A stretch of 64,000 bases of DNA from positions 160,001 through 224,000 of the forward strand of contig JBCBUK010000006.1 of NCBI GenBank assembly GCA_039818205.1, written 5' to 3'. The translations under genes and the position numbers were made by a program. Source of the stretch: Verrucomicrobiota bacterium (GTDB taxonomy: Bacteria; Verrucomicrobiota; Verrucomicrobiia; Opitutales; Cerasicoccaceae). Below are positions 12,387-22,019 of the stretch, one piece after another. Below the pieces are notes generated by a model, which did no database searches, was not told the DNA's origin, and saw only the letters and a list, made by a program, of their open reading frames with translations. Position 1 is the first letter of the stretch, and every line of letters begins with the position of its first letter.

Positions 12387-13670
12387 TTAGGCGCGAACCT
12401 TGGTTCCGTTGGGAACAACGCCGTTCTTCATCACAAGGATGATGCCATCGCGGACGAATAGGTCGCCTTCGGACCAACCATCGGGCTTACCTGCCGGAGA
12501 CAGCTCAACGTCGTCGCCAATTCGGGCATTCTTGTCGATGATTGCGTTCTCGATTTTGCAGCGTTTTCCGACGCCGATATTTGGGCGCTGAAGACGCGCG
12601 TTTTCAGCGCGGTGGTCCGCAGTCTCGTACCAGTCACCACCCATCATGACGACATTGTTGAGTTCGCAGCCTTCATCGACTTGGCTACGCACACCGATGA
12701 CACTGTGGGTGATCTTGGAGTTGGAGATAATGCTGCCGCCGCCGGATAGAACGCGCTCAAACTGTCCTCCGTTGATCTTAGTGGCGGGTAGATAACGAGC
12801 CCGCGTATAGATGGGGTGCTCGTCTTCGAAAAAGTTGAACGGAGGATTATCGTCAGTCAGGGCCAGATTGGCGTCAAAGAATGCGGCAACGGTTCCGATA
12901 TCTTCCCAGTAGTCATCGTAGATATAGCTGTTCAGGCTGATCTTACCCAACAGGCCGGGAATGATTTCTTTACCAAAGTCCGTCTCGTCACCGGAAAGGG
13001 CTTCGATCATGACCCGAGCAGTGAAGACATAAATACCCATGGAAGCCAGGCAGACGTCCTCAGGATTGCCATCCAACGTTGAGCGCAATTTGTCGCCAAT
13101 GATCAGGCTCTCAATAACCGCTGGATCACTGGGCTTTTCCACAAACTCCTGGATGGAGTAGTCGTCGCCAACGCGCATAACCCCAAGGCCATGGACCTCG
13201 GACTTGTGCATGGCTTTGGCCGCGATGGTGACGTCCGACCCGAGCGAATTGTGGTGCTCGATGATCTTTCGGAAGTCCATGCGGTAAAGCTGGTCACCCG
13301 ATAGAATCAGGAAAAGGTCATTCGGATTGTTGTGAAAGTGATGGAGGTTTTGGCGAACCGCGTCAGCGGTTCCCTGATACCAGCTCTCACCCTTGTCGGT
13401 CTGTTCGGCCGACATGATGTCGACATAGCCACCGCCAAATGGATCAAATTTGTAGGTAGATTGGATGTGATTATGGAGCGATGCAGTATTGAACTGGGAA
13501 AGCAGGTGGATCCGATTAATGCCAGAATTCAGGCAGTTGCTGATTGGAATATCAACCAATCGGTATTTGCCGGCCAGCGGCACCGCTGGTTTGCATCGTT
13601 CCTTGGTAAGCGGATAGAGACGCGTTCCGCGCCCCCCGCCCATGATCACGCTAATGACATTTTGGTTCAT
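12387..13670 (-). CDS. glgC: Glucose-1-phosphate adenylyltransferase
   Basis: GGGRGTRLYPLT, KPAVPLAGKYRL, WYQGTADAV, FVEKP, YWEDIGT. Confidence 0.98.
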   Translation of the reverse strand: MNQNVISVIMGGGRGTRLYPLTKERCKPAVPLAGKYRLVDIPISNCLNSGINRIHLLSQFNTASLHNHIQSTYKFDPFGGGYVDIMSAEQTDKGESWYQGTADAVRQNLHHFHNNPNDLFLILSGDQLYRMDFRKIIEHHNSLGSDVTIAAKAMHKSEVHGLGVMRVGDDYSIQEFVEKPSDPAVIESLIIGDKLRSTLDGNPEDVCLASMGIYVFTARVMIEALSGDETDFGKEIIPGLLGKISLNSYIYDDYWEDIGTVAAFFDANLALTDDNPPFNFFEDEHPIYTRARYLPATKINGGQFERVLSGGGSIISNSKITHSVIGVRSQVDEGCELNNVVMMGGDWYETADHRAENARLQRPNIGVGKRCKIENAIIDKNARIGDDVELSPAGKPDGWSEGDLFVRDGIILVMKNGVVPNGTKVRA

Positions 13671-13846
13671 AACAGCCAGGGTAAGGATTACTGATGATGA
13701 ACGTGCGTCATTGAGAAAAAAAATGCCAGACTCTTTTGTAACATTTCGCTATTTGTGACGCAGCCGACATTTTTCACGGGTCAAAATTCAGACTCGTGAA
13801 CAAACCCTGGCTTGCGCTAATGAGGTCAAGCCGCCACGCTAATCCT

Positions 13847-14197
13847 ATGGAAATAAAAGTCATTCGCTCCGACGACGAAATATCCCACGTGTCTTTAGTT
13901 GGACGCATGGATCACAACGGCGCTACGGAAATTGAGCAGGCGTTTGTGGCAGCTACGGCTGGGCGCCAGAAGCCAACCGTGGTCGAGTTGGGCGAAGTGA
14001 CCTTCATTGTTTCCTTGGGCATTCGTGTGCTATTAGGCGCTGCAAAGAGCCTCAGTGCCAATGGTCACAAGATTGCCTTGGTTAACTCACAGCCGTTGGT
14101 GGCGGAGACCCTGCGTCTCGCAAAGTTGGACGACATTTTCGTACTCACCAACGATGTGGACGACGCAATTGAACAGATTAGCGAATCGGCCGGGTAG
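13847..14197 (+). CDS. STAS domain protein (anti-sigma factor antagonist-like)
   Basis: GRMD...VTFIVSLGIRVL STAS pattern. Confidence 0.85.
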   Translation: MEIKVIRSDDEISHVSLVGRMDHNGATEIEQAFVAATAGRQKPTVVELGEVTFIVSLGIRVLLGAAKSLSANGHKIALVNSQPLVAETLRLAKLDDIFVLTNDVDDAIEQISESAG

Positions 14198-14198
14198 T

Positions 14199-14978
14199 TT
14201 AACCTAAGCGCCGAAAACGTGGATCGTGAACGTCGATTTTTGGATTCAGGAAATCAGCGATCTCGGGATCTTTGGACTGTTTAAGCTCCTCGGGAGTGGC
14301 AACGGTAAGGAGTCTACCACCAATCATGATCGCTACCCGGTCGGCAACGCCTAAGGCGAGGTCGCGGTCGTGGGAAACGACGACGCTAGTAACCGCAAAT
14401 TCTTCTTTGAGCGTGCCGATGATCTCGGAAATGTTGGCCGCGGTCACGGGGTCGAGCTCGGAGGTTGGCTCATCGTAGAGAAGTAACTGTGGCTCGATAA
14501 TCAGTGCGCGTGCAATGGCCACCCGCTTGCGCATACCGCCGGATAGCTCCGAGGGGAGCTTTTTTGCGGCGTTTTCGATGTTCATGATCGCGAGCATTCG
14601 CTCGACCTTTTCCCGGAGTATTTTTCGGCCGTATAGCCGATGCTCGCGCGGGTAGTAGGCCAGGTTATCGAACACGTTCATTGAGTTGAACAACGCGCCT
14701 GCCTGGAAGACAAGAGCCGTCCGAATCTTGCGATGAGTCGACGCGTCAGCAGCGTCCAGCCCGTCAATCAGTACCTGACCCGAATCCGCTTTTTCCAGGT
14801 TGATCAAGTGGCGTAGCAGCACGCTTTTTCCGGCCCCGCTGGGACCCATGATCACAAAGATCTCGCCTGGCCGAACCTCAAACGAAGCTTGGTTAACAAC
14901 GACCTGGTCGCCAAACTGCTTGGTCAATGCCTTGACTTCGACGGCAACTGGTTGGGTTGAGTGTTCTTCGGCCATCAT
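14199..14978 (-). CDS. mlaF: ABC transporter ATP-binding protein, MlaF/Mkl family
   Basis: GPSGAGKS, LSGGMRKRVAIARA, LLYDEPT, VSHD; start overlaps the MlaE stop. Confidence 0.85.
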   Translation of the reverse strand: MMAEEHSTQPVAVEVKALTKQFGDQVVVNQASFEVRPGEIFVIMGPSGAGKSVLLRHLINLEKADSGQVLIDGLDAADASTHRKIRTALVFQAGALFNSMNVFDNLAYYPREHRLYGRKILREKVERMLAIMNIENAAKKLPSELSGGMRKRVAIARALIIEPQLLLYDEPTSELDPVTAANISEIIGTLKEEFAVTSVVVSHDRDLALGVADRVAIMIGGRLLTVATPEELKQSKDPEIADFLNPKIDVHDPRFRRLG

Positions 14979-15730
14979 TACATCAGGATGCGGGTTAGGC
15001 AGTAGTCTAACAGTAAGACCATGAACATGCTCGAGACCACGGATTTCGTTACGGAGAAGCCAATTTCGCGGGGACCGCCTCGCGTAATCAGCCCTTGGTT
15101 GCAAGCAACCAATACGATGACCATGCCAAAAATCTGGGCCTTTAGAAGGCCATTCAGGACATCTTTGAACTGAACGACGCTTTTGAGGTTCGACCAGTAG
15201 GAGGTCGGGTCGAGTCCAATAAACTCAACGTGTTGGGCGACTACGGCGCCGCCAAACCAACCGATAATGATCGCGACCATGGCCAAGGATGGCATCATGA
15301 TGAAGATCGCGACCAGCCGAGGCATCACCAGAACCCGCTCGGGCGGTGTCTGCATCGTCCGCATGGCATCGACCTCCTGATAGACGGTCATTGAGGCGAT
15401 TTCAGCCGTGATTGCGGAACCTACTCGGCCAGCAAGCAGGAACGCTGTGATCAATGGGGCCAGCTCGCGCGCCATGGCCAAGCCAACAATACGCCCAATC
15501 AGTTCTTGGCCTCCGGCGAATTCCAGACTGTATCCAGTTTGCAAGGCCAGGACCGCGCCCAGGAAAAAGCTGAGGATCGCGACGATCGGGAAGGTCAGGT
15601 AGCCAATATGAAAGCAGTAATCGATCGTCCGCCCAAGCTGGCGAGGCAGGCTGAAAATCTGCCCCAGGGCCTGGAATAGCAGGATCAAGCTGCTACCAAT
15701 GGCTTCTAGAATATTGAGGGCGGTTTTCAT
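14978..15730 (-). CDS. mlaE: ABC transporter permease, MlaE family
   Basis: RELAPLITAFLLAGRVGSAITAEIASM...EVDAM, VMPRL motifs. Confidence 0.92.
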   Translation of the reverse strand: MKTALNILEAIGSSLILLFQALGQIFSLPRQLGRTIDYCFHIGYLTFPIVAILSFFLGAVLALQTGYSLEFAGGQELIGRIVGLAMARELAPLITAFLLAGRVGSAITAEIASMTVYQEVDAMRTMQTPPERVLVMPRLVAIFIMMPSLAMVAIIIGWFGGAVVAQHVEFIGLDPTSYWSNLKSVVQFKDVLNGLLKAQIFGMVIVLVACNQGLITRGGPREIGFSVTKSVVSSMFMVLLLDYCLTRILM

Positions 15731-15736
15731 GACGGC

Positions 15737-17209
15737 TTATAAATTGATGTCAAACCAGAGAAGTTGCAGGGTTTCCTGGCCGTCGTCAAAACTCCCCTCA
15801 CGTTTGTAGCCAAGGAGGCCGCCGCCGAGGGAAAATTCCGCGTGGTCCGGGGCGACGTCGTGCACCAGGAAGAAGGGGTTGATTTCGAAGCGGGTCCGTT
15901 CGCCGGATTTCTCTTCTACAAACAAATCCCACAGGAAGGATTGCCGTGATTCCCCGGTTTCGTAGTGCCAGACACTCCGCCAAAACGCCAGGGTTGGTGT
16001 GTAAAGGTCGCGGACCGATTTGCTATGTGGGTAAAAGACTTCGAAGGGGCTGATCAGTTGTGCCTGCCGCAGTCCTGCGCCGTTGTCATACTCGCTGATC
16101 CATGGCCAGACATGGGTTTCGTAGGCTTCTTTCAAATCTGGGTTCGTGGCGCTTCGCTGGGTTTCATTCCAATAAATGAAGTAGAGCAGTTGGGTGCGTT
16201 CGATGTTCAGCTCGTCTTCTTCGTGGTTGCGAATTTTGAGGAGGGGCCACAGATACCATTTTTTGTCGACCCCCGTTTTGATGGAATGCGCGTAGAAGGG
16301 GGCCCAGCGGTTGGTGTATTCATTGTCGCCGCGACCCTGCATGAAAAACGGATAGAAGTAGCGCTCCTCGTAGTAATTCTTGCTGCGGTCCTCCTTCCAC
16401 CCGAAGAAGGGAAACAGGATAGTCACATCATCGACGAACTCACCATGTTCAGTCGCCCAAAACGGCAGGAATCCTTCGCGCACACGAGGAACGGGCCGGT
16501 CAAGTTGGTCGACCTTGCGGTAGATGAGTGGCCAGAGGAGGAACTGATATTCCATTTTGCCTTCCTGCCACCAATGGCCAATCAGTGGCCACAGCAATAG
16601 ACCGTCAGCGCCCGGGCCATGCAGTGTTTGAATAAACGGCCATGGTGTGCCCACGCGGGTAAGCTCACCCGTTGTAATGGTAGCGTAGAGCGGCCAGGCG
16701 GCCCAAGTTGCCCGGTCAAACAGGAACTCTTGCATCTCGCCGTAGATCGGCCATACGCCGTAGTAGGAGGCGTCGGGGTTGTCGGGCACGTCGTGGTACC
16801 AGATAAATGGAACCACGAGGAAGGTCTCGATGGTTTTATCGTGGGTGAGCCCGGTACGTCGTCGTTGGATGAAGGTATAGATCTCCCACCGTACGAGGTT
16901 GGGGTCCCGATAATGGACAAAAAATGGAGGTGCGAAGTAGTATTTAAATACGTCCTTTTCCTTGTCGTGGTACTGGATAAAGAGTGGGCGCATGGTGGCC
17001 ATGGACTCTGCCTCAGTGTTGCGCTCCTCAAATACCGGCCCCAGCGCTTTAAAGTGATAGTTGTCGCTGGACTCGCTTTCGTCGTCCGTTGATTCTGTGG
17101 GCTCGGACTGCTCGAAATAGAATGGTGACCAGTCAAAGGTCACGCCATGTGCGACCACACAGCTTACCCACATCCATGCCCACCAGGCTATGCACTTCTT
17201 ACCTTGCAT
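15737..17209 (-). CDS. Exported aromatic-rich repeat protein, hypothetical
   Basis: Signal-like N-terminus; many (W/F)-P-(F/L/I)-x motifs; 6 nt upstream of mlaE on the same strand. Confidence 0.8.
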   Translation of the reverse strand: MQGKKCIAWWAWMWVSCVVAHGVTFDWSPFYFEQSEPTESTDDESESSDNYHFKALGPVFEERNTEAESMATMRPLFIQYHDKEKDVFKYYFAPPFFVHYRDPNLVRWEIYTFIQRRRTGLTHDKTIETFLVVPFIWYHDVPDNPDASYYGVWPIYGEMQEFLFDRATWAAWPLYATITTGELTRVGTPWPFIQTLHGPGADGLLLWPLIGHWWQEGKMEYQFLLWPLIYRKVDQLDRPVPRVREGFLPFWATEHGEFVDDVTILFPFFGWKEDRSKNYYEERYFYPFFMQGRGDNEYTNRWAPFYAHSIKTGVDKKWYLWPLLKIRNHEEDELNIERTQLLYFIYWNETQRSATNPDLKEAYETHVWPWISEYDNGAGLRQAQLISPFEVFYPHSKSVRDLYTPTLAFWRSVWHYETGESRQSFLWDLFVEEKSGERTRFEINPFFLVHDVAPDHAEFSLGGGLLGYKREGSFDDGQETLQLLWFDINL

Positions 17210-17282
17210 TCGGTTAAGCGAGCGAGCAAATCACAGGAATTCAACCAGACCAAGCATATTACCGAGCAGGGCTTGGGCCGGT

Positions 17283-17855
17283 TTATACGGTGATTCCGCC
17301 AATGATTAGGGCGCTGGGCTGCTTGGGGCCTTTTGCCAATCGGCGGATGAGCTGACTGCCGGCAGGGAGCTCAGGCTCGAAGGCACCGGGTGCCTCCGCC
17401 ACGAGTCGCCCGTCGGGTTTGAGCACCTCGAAGCAAATGGCGAGTATCTCTTCGCCTTTTTCCGGCCAGATTGGGTAGGGAGGATCGACAAAAACAAGGT
17501 CGTAGCGTTGGCCAGAGCGGAGGTCGTGGCGAAAAAAGTCACGTTGGATCAGGGTAGAAATCGAATCTGGCTGGCGGCTGAGCGCTTTACCGACCGCTGC
17601 GCAGTTTTCTTCCAGGCTGGCGATCGCAGCACGGTTCTGCTCCAGGAATGTGCAATGGGAGGCTCCCCGACTGAGGGCTTCCAATCCGTAGGCTCCAGTG
17701 CCAGCAAAGGCATCGAGAACACAGGCATCCTCGCAACGATCATGACCCAGGCTAGAATAGATGGCCTCGCGCAAATAATCCGTGGCGGGGCGCAGTTCTC
17801 CACGTTTGGGTGTTTTGATCGGGATGCCTCGTGCTTGGCCGCCAGTGATTCGCAT
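17283..17855 (-). CDS. rsmD: 16S rRNA m2G966 methyltransferase, RsmD family
   Basis: MRITGG, LRPATD..REA, DAFAGTGAYGLEALSRG, DPPY. Confidence 0.92.
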   Translation of the reverse strand: MRITGGQARGIPIKTPKRGELRPATDYLREAIYSSLGHDRCEDACVLDAFAGTGAYGLEALSRGASHCTFLEQNRAAIASLEENCAAVGKALSRQPDSISTLIQRDFFRHDLRSGQRYDLVFVDPPYPIWPEKGEEILAICFEVLKPDGRLVAEAPGAFEPELPAGSQLIRRLAKGPKQPSALIIGGITV

Positions 17856-18124
17856 AAGCCTAGCTAGAGTCAACCGTCCGAACTGGGCAAGTCACAATGC
17901 GATACTGGTCTCAATCACGGATGCTAGCCTAGGGTTGTCTGGCATGGGTCATTATCGGTGATATCATGGAGTCATTAACTCGTTAAAACTATGTAAATGC
18001 CGGAAGATATTCATCTAGTCACTTGAATTTGTTTAGTTGATTTATACACTTTTCTTATTACGTCGGTAAGATCGTCGTATATTCTCCAATAAATACCCCT
18101 AACCAAAACAATACCCCCGTAAGT

Positions 18125-18304
18125 ATGAATTCGCGTGCTACTGCATGCTGTGTGCTCTTATCGGCTTCAGGAAACCCCGTCCTGGAAGTCTTTGCAAAGT
18201 GCGCGGCTAGCATGAACCAAACAGGCGGGACAGGTTACCCCCAATGGACTGGAGTGGTTCTGGGAGCTTTCATTGTTCCCGGTTTCAACCAGGAAGTTAC
18301 CTGA
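18125..18304 (+). CDS. Candidate small protein (59 aa, MNSRATACCVLL...NQEVT)
   Basis: Translated by hand (just under the ORF-track cutoff); follows an AT-rich promoter-like region. Confidence 0.3.
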   Translation: MNSRATACCVLLSASGNPVLEVFAKCAASMNQTGGTGYPQWTGVVLGAFIVPGFNQEVT

Positions 18305-18392
18305 TTACCGGTGGTTCTAATGTCGAAATCGTCTGAAGGAGCGTCGGGTGGGTGAATTCCCGCCCGGCGTCTCCCTAATTATTTCCCAATCA

Positions 18393-18581
18393 ATGTACCT
18401 TTACCTGCCCTGGTTCGTTTTTCTGATTCTATCGATTGCCCTTTTGATAGCGGGCTCTCGATACGAGACTCGTCACGAATGGAAATCCATCGAGAATGAT
18501 AATCCTGCGGACCCCGAATCGGAGAATGCAGGTAGCCAGTTTTCGCCTCCTGCGGAGTCGGCGGAGTGTTGTCAGCTGTAG
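18393..18581 (+). CDS. Candidate small single-TM protein (62 aa)
   Basis: MYLYLPWFVFLILSIALLIAG hydrophobic helix then acidic tail. Confidence 0.45.
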   Translation: MYLYLPWFVFLILSIALLIAGSRYETRHEWKSIENDNPADPESENAGSQFSPPAESAECCQL

Positions 18582-18605
18582 TAGGCTTTTGCGTAGGACG
18601 CTCGC

Positions 18606-19421
18606 TTATTCGCGTTCGCGTAACACGTTCTCGAAAAACAAGAATGTCTCCTGGACATGGAGTTGCCAGTAGGGCCACTCATGGCCGCCGGGGAACTCCT
18701 GGTAAACGTGGTTGATGCCCAGCTCATTCAATTGTTGGTCGAGCAGGCGATTGCCATCCAGCAGCGTATCGTCGACGCCGCAATCGAAGCGGAAAGGTGG
18801 GAGCTTGTCTTGATTCTCGCGCATGGCGTTAATCACGGACACGGAATCGGCATCGACCCCATAGCTTGCTAGCGGCTCCTCGACGAATTGCTCTAACTCC
18901 TGAAACTGGGTGATGGAGGAGTGGCCAACAAAGGCCATAAACTGCGCAGGGTGGCTCGCGCCGATCCGGAGAGCGCCATATCCGCCCATTGACAATCCTG
19001 CCAGGAACAGCGGGGCGTCGGCACCGTTTCCGGTTACCTCGTGGACGAGTTGCGGGATGTCTTCCATGATCCAGCGCTCAAAGTCTTTTCCGTTGTGGGC
19101 GAAATAGCCGCTGCCATCGCCCCAAAGGCCATCCGATGGGGTCACCAAGATCATTGGCGAAATCTGGCCCGAATCGATCAAGCTTTGGAGTGAACAGTCG
19201 GCTTTGCCCATTCCATTCCAAATCCAATGGCTGCCATAGACGCCGTGTAGAAGGATGACAACGGGAACGGTGGTGCCCGCCTTGACTTGATTGGGAATGT
19301 AGACGGAGGCATCGGCACGGGCTTTGAGCGCGGGGCTCTTGACGGTGACATGTTTCATTAAGCCTCCCTCCGCCGGGAAGTCTCCGATCTCTGTCGTGCG
19401 GAAGTGGGAATTATCGCTCAT
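18606..19421 (-). CDS. Alpha/beta-hydrolase esterase (S-formylglutathione hydrolase-like fold)
   Basis: LLHGVYG, GLSMGG nucleophile elbow, DCGVDD, GGHEW; last gene of the P450 cassette. Confidence 0.88.
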   Translation of the reverse strand: MSDNSHFRTTEIGDFPAEGGLMKHVTVKSPALKARADASVYIPNQVKAGTTVPVVILLHGVYGSHWIWNGMGKADCSLQSLIDSGQISPMILVTPSDGLWGDGSGYFAHNGKDFERWIMEDIPQLVHEVTGNGADAPLFLAGLSMGGYGALRIGASHPAQFMAFVGHSSITQFQELEQFVEEPLASYGVDADSVSVINAMRENQDKLPPFRFDCGVDDTLLDGNRLLDQQLNELGINHVYQEFPGGHEWPYWQLHVQETFLFFENVLRERE

Positions 19422-19423
19422 GG

Positions 19424-20533
19424 TTAGGCAAAGGTAATGACGCCCTTGGCGTTTCGGCCCGCCATCATGTCGTCGATTGCCTGTTGCAGGCCGTCGAGCG
19501 GGTAGGTGCGGGTAACCATCTCGTCGAGCTTGAGTGCCCCTTGGCCGTACAGTTCCAATAACTTTGGGAAGTCATGTTCGGGCATCGCTTTTCCGTAAAG
19601 CGGATTGATGTAGATTTTATCCCACTCGAAAAGGTTCATGTCGATTTCGATGGTCTGCTCAATGCCGGAAACCTGCACAGCGGTTCCTGCGTTTCGGATC
19701 ATCGCTAACGGTGCTGCGCCCAGGGCTGGAACCCCGGTGCACTCGAAGGCGTAATCGGCTCCGCGGCCATTGCACATCTCTTTGATTTTCTCGGATGCGT
19801 TCATCAAGCCTTTATCCTCGCGATCGGCTAAGACGAGGTGGGTTGCTCCGAATTGCTTAGCCATGTCGAGTCGCTGCTGATTGACGTCGACCGCGATGAT
19901 TTTGGCGGCGCCCGAGATGCGAGCGCCTTGGATGACGCTGAGCCCTACGGCACCGGTGCCTAGGACAACGGCTGAGCTTCCGGCTTGGAGCTTGGCGCTA
20001 TTGACGACTGAACCGTAGCCAGTCATCACGGCACAACCAACGAAGCATGCGGATTCAAATGAGATATCGATTTCGGTCGGAATAACCGCCTGCTCTTTGA
20101 CCACGGTGTGGGTGCTCAAGGTCCCGATGTTGAAGGAGCGCTTCAGCGGAGCGCCGTTCCATTGGGTTGCTTCAGGATGCGCGGCACCGTCGTCCGGATT
20201 CGCACCGGTGACGGGCGAGTTGACCTCGCAGATGTTTTGGTAGCCGTTTTGGCACTGATAACATTTGTGGCAAGGGATCGCCCAATTGAGGAGGACCTTA
20301 TCGCCCGGCTTCACGTGGGTGACTCCTTCGCCAACGGATTCGACAATTCCGGCCCCCTCGTGACCGAGGACATGTTGGTATCCCCAAGTCAGAGAATCGT
20401 AATCGGTGTGACAGACACCAGACGCCTTGATGGCGACTCGCACCTCACCGGCCTTGGGGGGGTGAACTTCAATGTCCTCAATGGTAAAGGAACCCTTCGA
20501 GTCCGCAACGGCAGCTCGTGCTTGAATAATCAT
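19424..20533 (-). CDS. Zn-dependent alcohol dehydrogenase (class III-like)
   Basis: GVCHTD, GHEGAG, CHKCYQC...C structural Zn, GTGAVG; ATG at 20533. Confidence 0.92.
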   Translation of the reverse strand: MIIQARAAVADSKGSFTIEDIEVHPPKAGEVRVAIKASGVCHTDYDSLTWGYQHVLGHEGAGIVESVGEGVTHVKPGDKVLLNWAIPCHKCYQCQNGYQNICEVNSPVTGANPDDGAAHPEATQWNGAPLKRSFNIGTLSTHTVVKEQAVIPTEIDISFESACFVGCAVMTGYGSVVNSAKLQAGSSAVVLGTGAVGLSVIQGARISGAAKIIAVDVNQQRLDMAKQFGATHLVLADREDKGLMNASEKIKEMCNGRGADYAFECTGVPALGAAPLAMIRNAGTAVQVSGIEQTIEIDMNLFEWDKIYINPLYGKAMPEHDFPKLLELYGQGALKLDEMVTRTYPLDGLQQAIDDMMAGRNAKGVITFA

Positions 20534-20547
20534 GGTAGATTGAGTGA

Positions 20548-21699
20548 CTATTTGGCGGTGAACTTTGCGCGGAGCATCTCGTAGCCAACCTTGCGAGAGT
20601 ATTCGCTTTCGTGCTCGATAAGCTCGCGTTCTTCGGTGACCTCGATCTGCGACACGCCTTGAGCCAGACGCTCGATCACGCCGCGCATAATTGCTCGGGC
20701 ATGGTGTTGGCCGAGGCAATTGTGGATGCCAAATCCGAAGGCGATGTGTGGATTCGGTTTGCGGTCTAAACGCACCTCATTGGGTTCTTCAAAGACTTCG
20801 GGGTCACGATTGGCTGATGACCAGCAGAGGGAGACTCGACCGCCAGGCTCAACCTCGTGGCCGTGGACCTCCGTTTTAACCGGGCAGACTCGTCCAATGT
20901 GAGTGAGTGGGATAAACAGGCGGAAAAATTCTTCGGCTGCGGTGTTGATCATCTTGGGGTTCTCGCGCAAACACTCGAGCCCCTTCGGGTTGTCGGAGAA
21001 GTATTTGATGATTCGTGTGACCGTGTGGATGATGGTGTCGCGGCCACCGGCAAAGGCGATGTTGGCGTACCCAAGACGCTCTTCCATGGTGAGTTTTCGC
21101 CCCTGGAACTCGGCTTGATTCAGCGCGGAGAAAAAGTCATCACCGGGATTTTTCTCGGCGGCCTCGAACATCTCCTGGCAGTATTTCTCCATGAACGGAC
21201 CCTTGGATTGGCCGTCGCCGTCTTTGAAGACGTGGATGCCCCAGCTGATCCAAAGTTCGGCTTCTTTCTCGTCAACGTTGAGGAGGTAGGTCAGGGCGTG
21301 GGACTGCAGCGGTATCGCAAAGTCTTTGACGATATCGATCTCTTCGGCTTCGCAAGCTGCGGTTAGCAGGCGGTCGATCAAAGCATGGATCTTCTCCAGG
21401 ACCTCGGGTTGCTTGGGGCGCAGAAAGAACGGTTCGACGACCTTACGGTAGTCCGCGTGAACCGGCGGATCCACCTCCAGTGGATATTGTCTCACGGTTC
21501 GAACATCTTCTTCCGAAGGGATCGGCACGCGAATCGGCGCGTCCGAGCTGTAGGTTTTGTGATCCTTGGCCGCCTTGCGGACGTCTTTGAGGCGAAGGAT
21601 CATCGGAATGGTCTCTCCTTGAAACTCTGCGGCGAGAACTGGGCATTTGGCCCGGGCCTCGCGAAATGGGTCGTCGTGTGGGTTTACGGGGTCACTCAT
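20548..21699 (-). CDS. Cytochrome P450, CYP236-like (putative 6-O-methyl-D-galactose demethylase)
   Basis: AGGRDT I-helix, EEFFR ExxR, FGFGIHNCLG heme motif; ferredoxin-P450-ADH-esterase order in an agar/porphyran locus. Confidence 0.88.
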   Translation of the reverse strand: MSDPVNPHDDPFREARAKCPVLAAEFQGETIPMILRLKDVRKAAKDHKTYSSDAPIRVPIPSEEDVRTVRQYPLEVDPPVHADYRKVVEPFFLRPKQPEVLEKIHALIDRLLTAACEAEEIDIVKDFAIPLQSHALTYLLNVDEKEAELWISWGIHVFKDGDGQSKGPFMEKYCQEMFEAAEKNPGDDFFSALNQAEFQGRKLTMEERLGYANIAFAGGRDTIIHTVTRIIKYFSDNPKGLECLRENPKMINTAAEEFFRLFIPLTHIGRVCPVKTEVHGHEVEPGGRVSLCWSSANRDPEVFEEPNEVRLDRKPNPHIAFGFGIHNCLGQHHARAIMRGVIERLAQGVSQIEVTEERELIEHESEYSRKVGYEMLRAKFTAK

Positions 21700-21704
21700 G
21701 ATAG

Positions 21705-22019
21705 TTATTCGCTTGGGGCGACGTTGACTTCAAGACCGTCCAATTCGTCGGCCATTTCAATCTGGCAGCACAAACGGCTGTTGGGCTTATGGTGTTCGTT
21801 GAACTCGAGGGTGTCTTTTTCGAGGTCATCGGCTGGGCCGACTTTTTCTTGCCATTCCTGGGGCACGTAAACGTGACAGGTGGAACAGGAGCAAACGCCT
21901 CCGCAGTCGCCTGTGATGCCTTCGACATCGTTATATTGGGCGATCTCCATCAAGCTGCCAACGGCATCTTCGACAACGACTTTTTCTCCTTCGGTGGTAA
22001 TAAACGTAACTTTGGCCAT
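21705..22019 (-). CDS. 2Fe-2S ferredoxin (adrenodoxin/putidaredoxin type)
   Basis: CGGVCSCSTCH...SRLCCQ; ATG at 22019. Confidence 0.95.
   Translation of the reverse strand: MAKVTFITTEGEKVVVEDAVGSLMEIAQYNDVEGITGDCGGVCSCSTCHVYVPQEWQEKVGPADDLEKDTLEFNEHHKPNSRLCCQIEMADELDGLEVNVAPSE

Noticed and set aside
13751..13772. CRP-like site attTGTGA-N6-CGACAttt between glgC and STAS
   Set aside because: Second half-site has two mismatches and it is a single instance; not supportable without comparative data
15965..16600. 211 aa + strand ORF
   Set aside because: Antisense to the aromatic repeat protein, which fits the operon better
20534..20719. N-terminal extension of the ADH in the ORF track
   Set aside because: Overlaps the P450 and is Arg-rich nonsense; ATG at 20533 fits the family start. 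Similar over-extensions were trimmed for dnaX, mlaF, ferredoxin, ALDH and the methyltransferase
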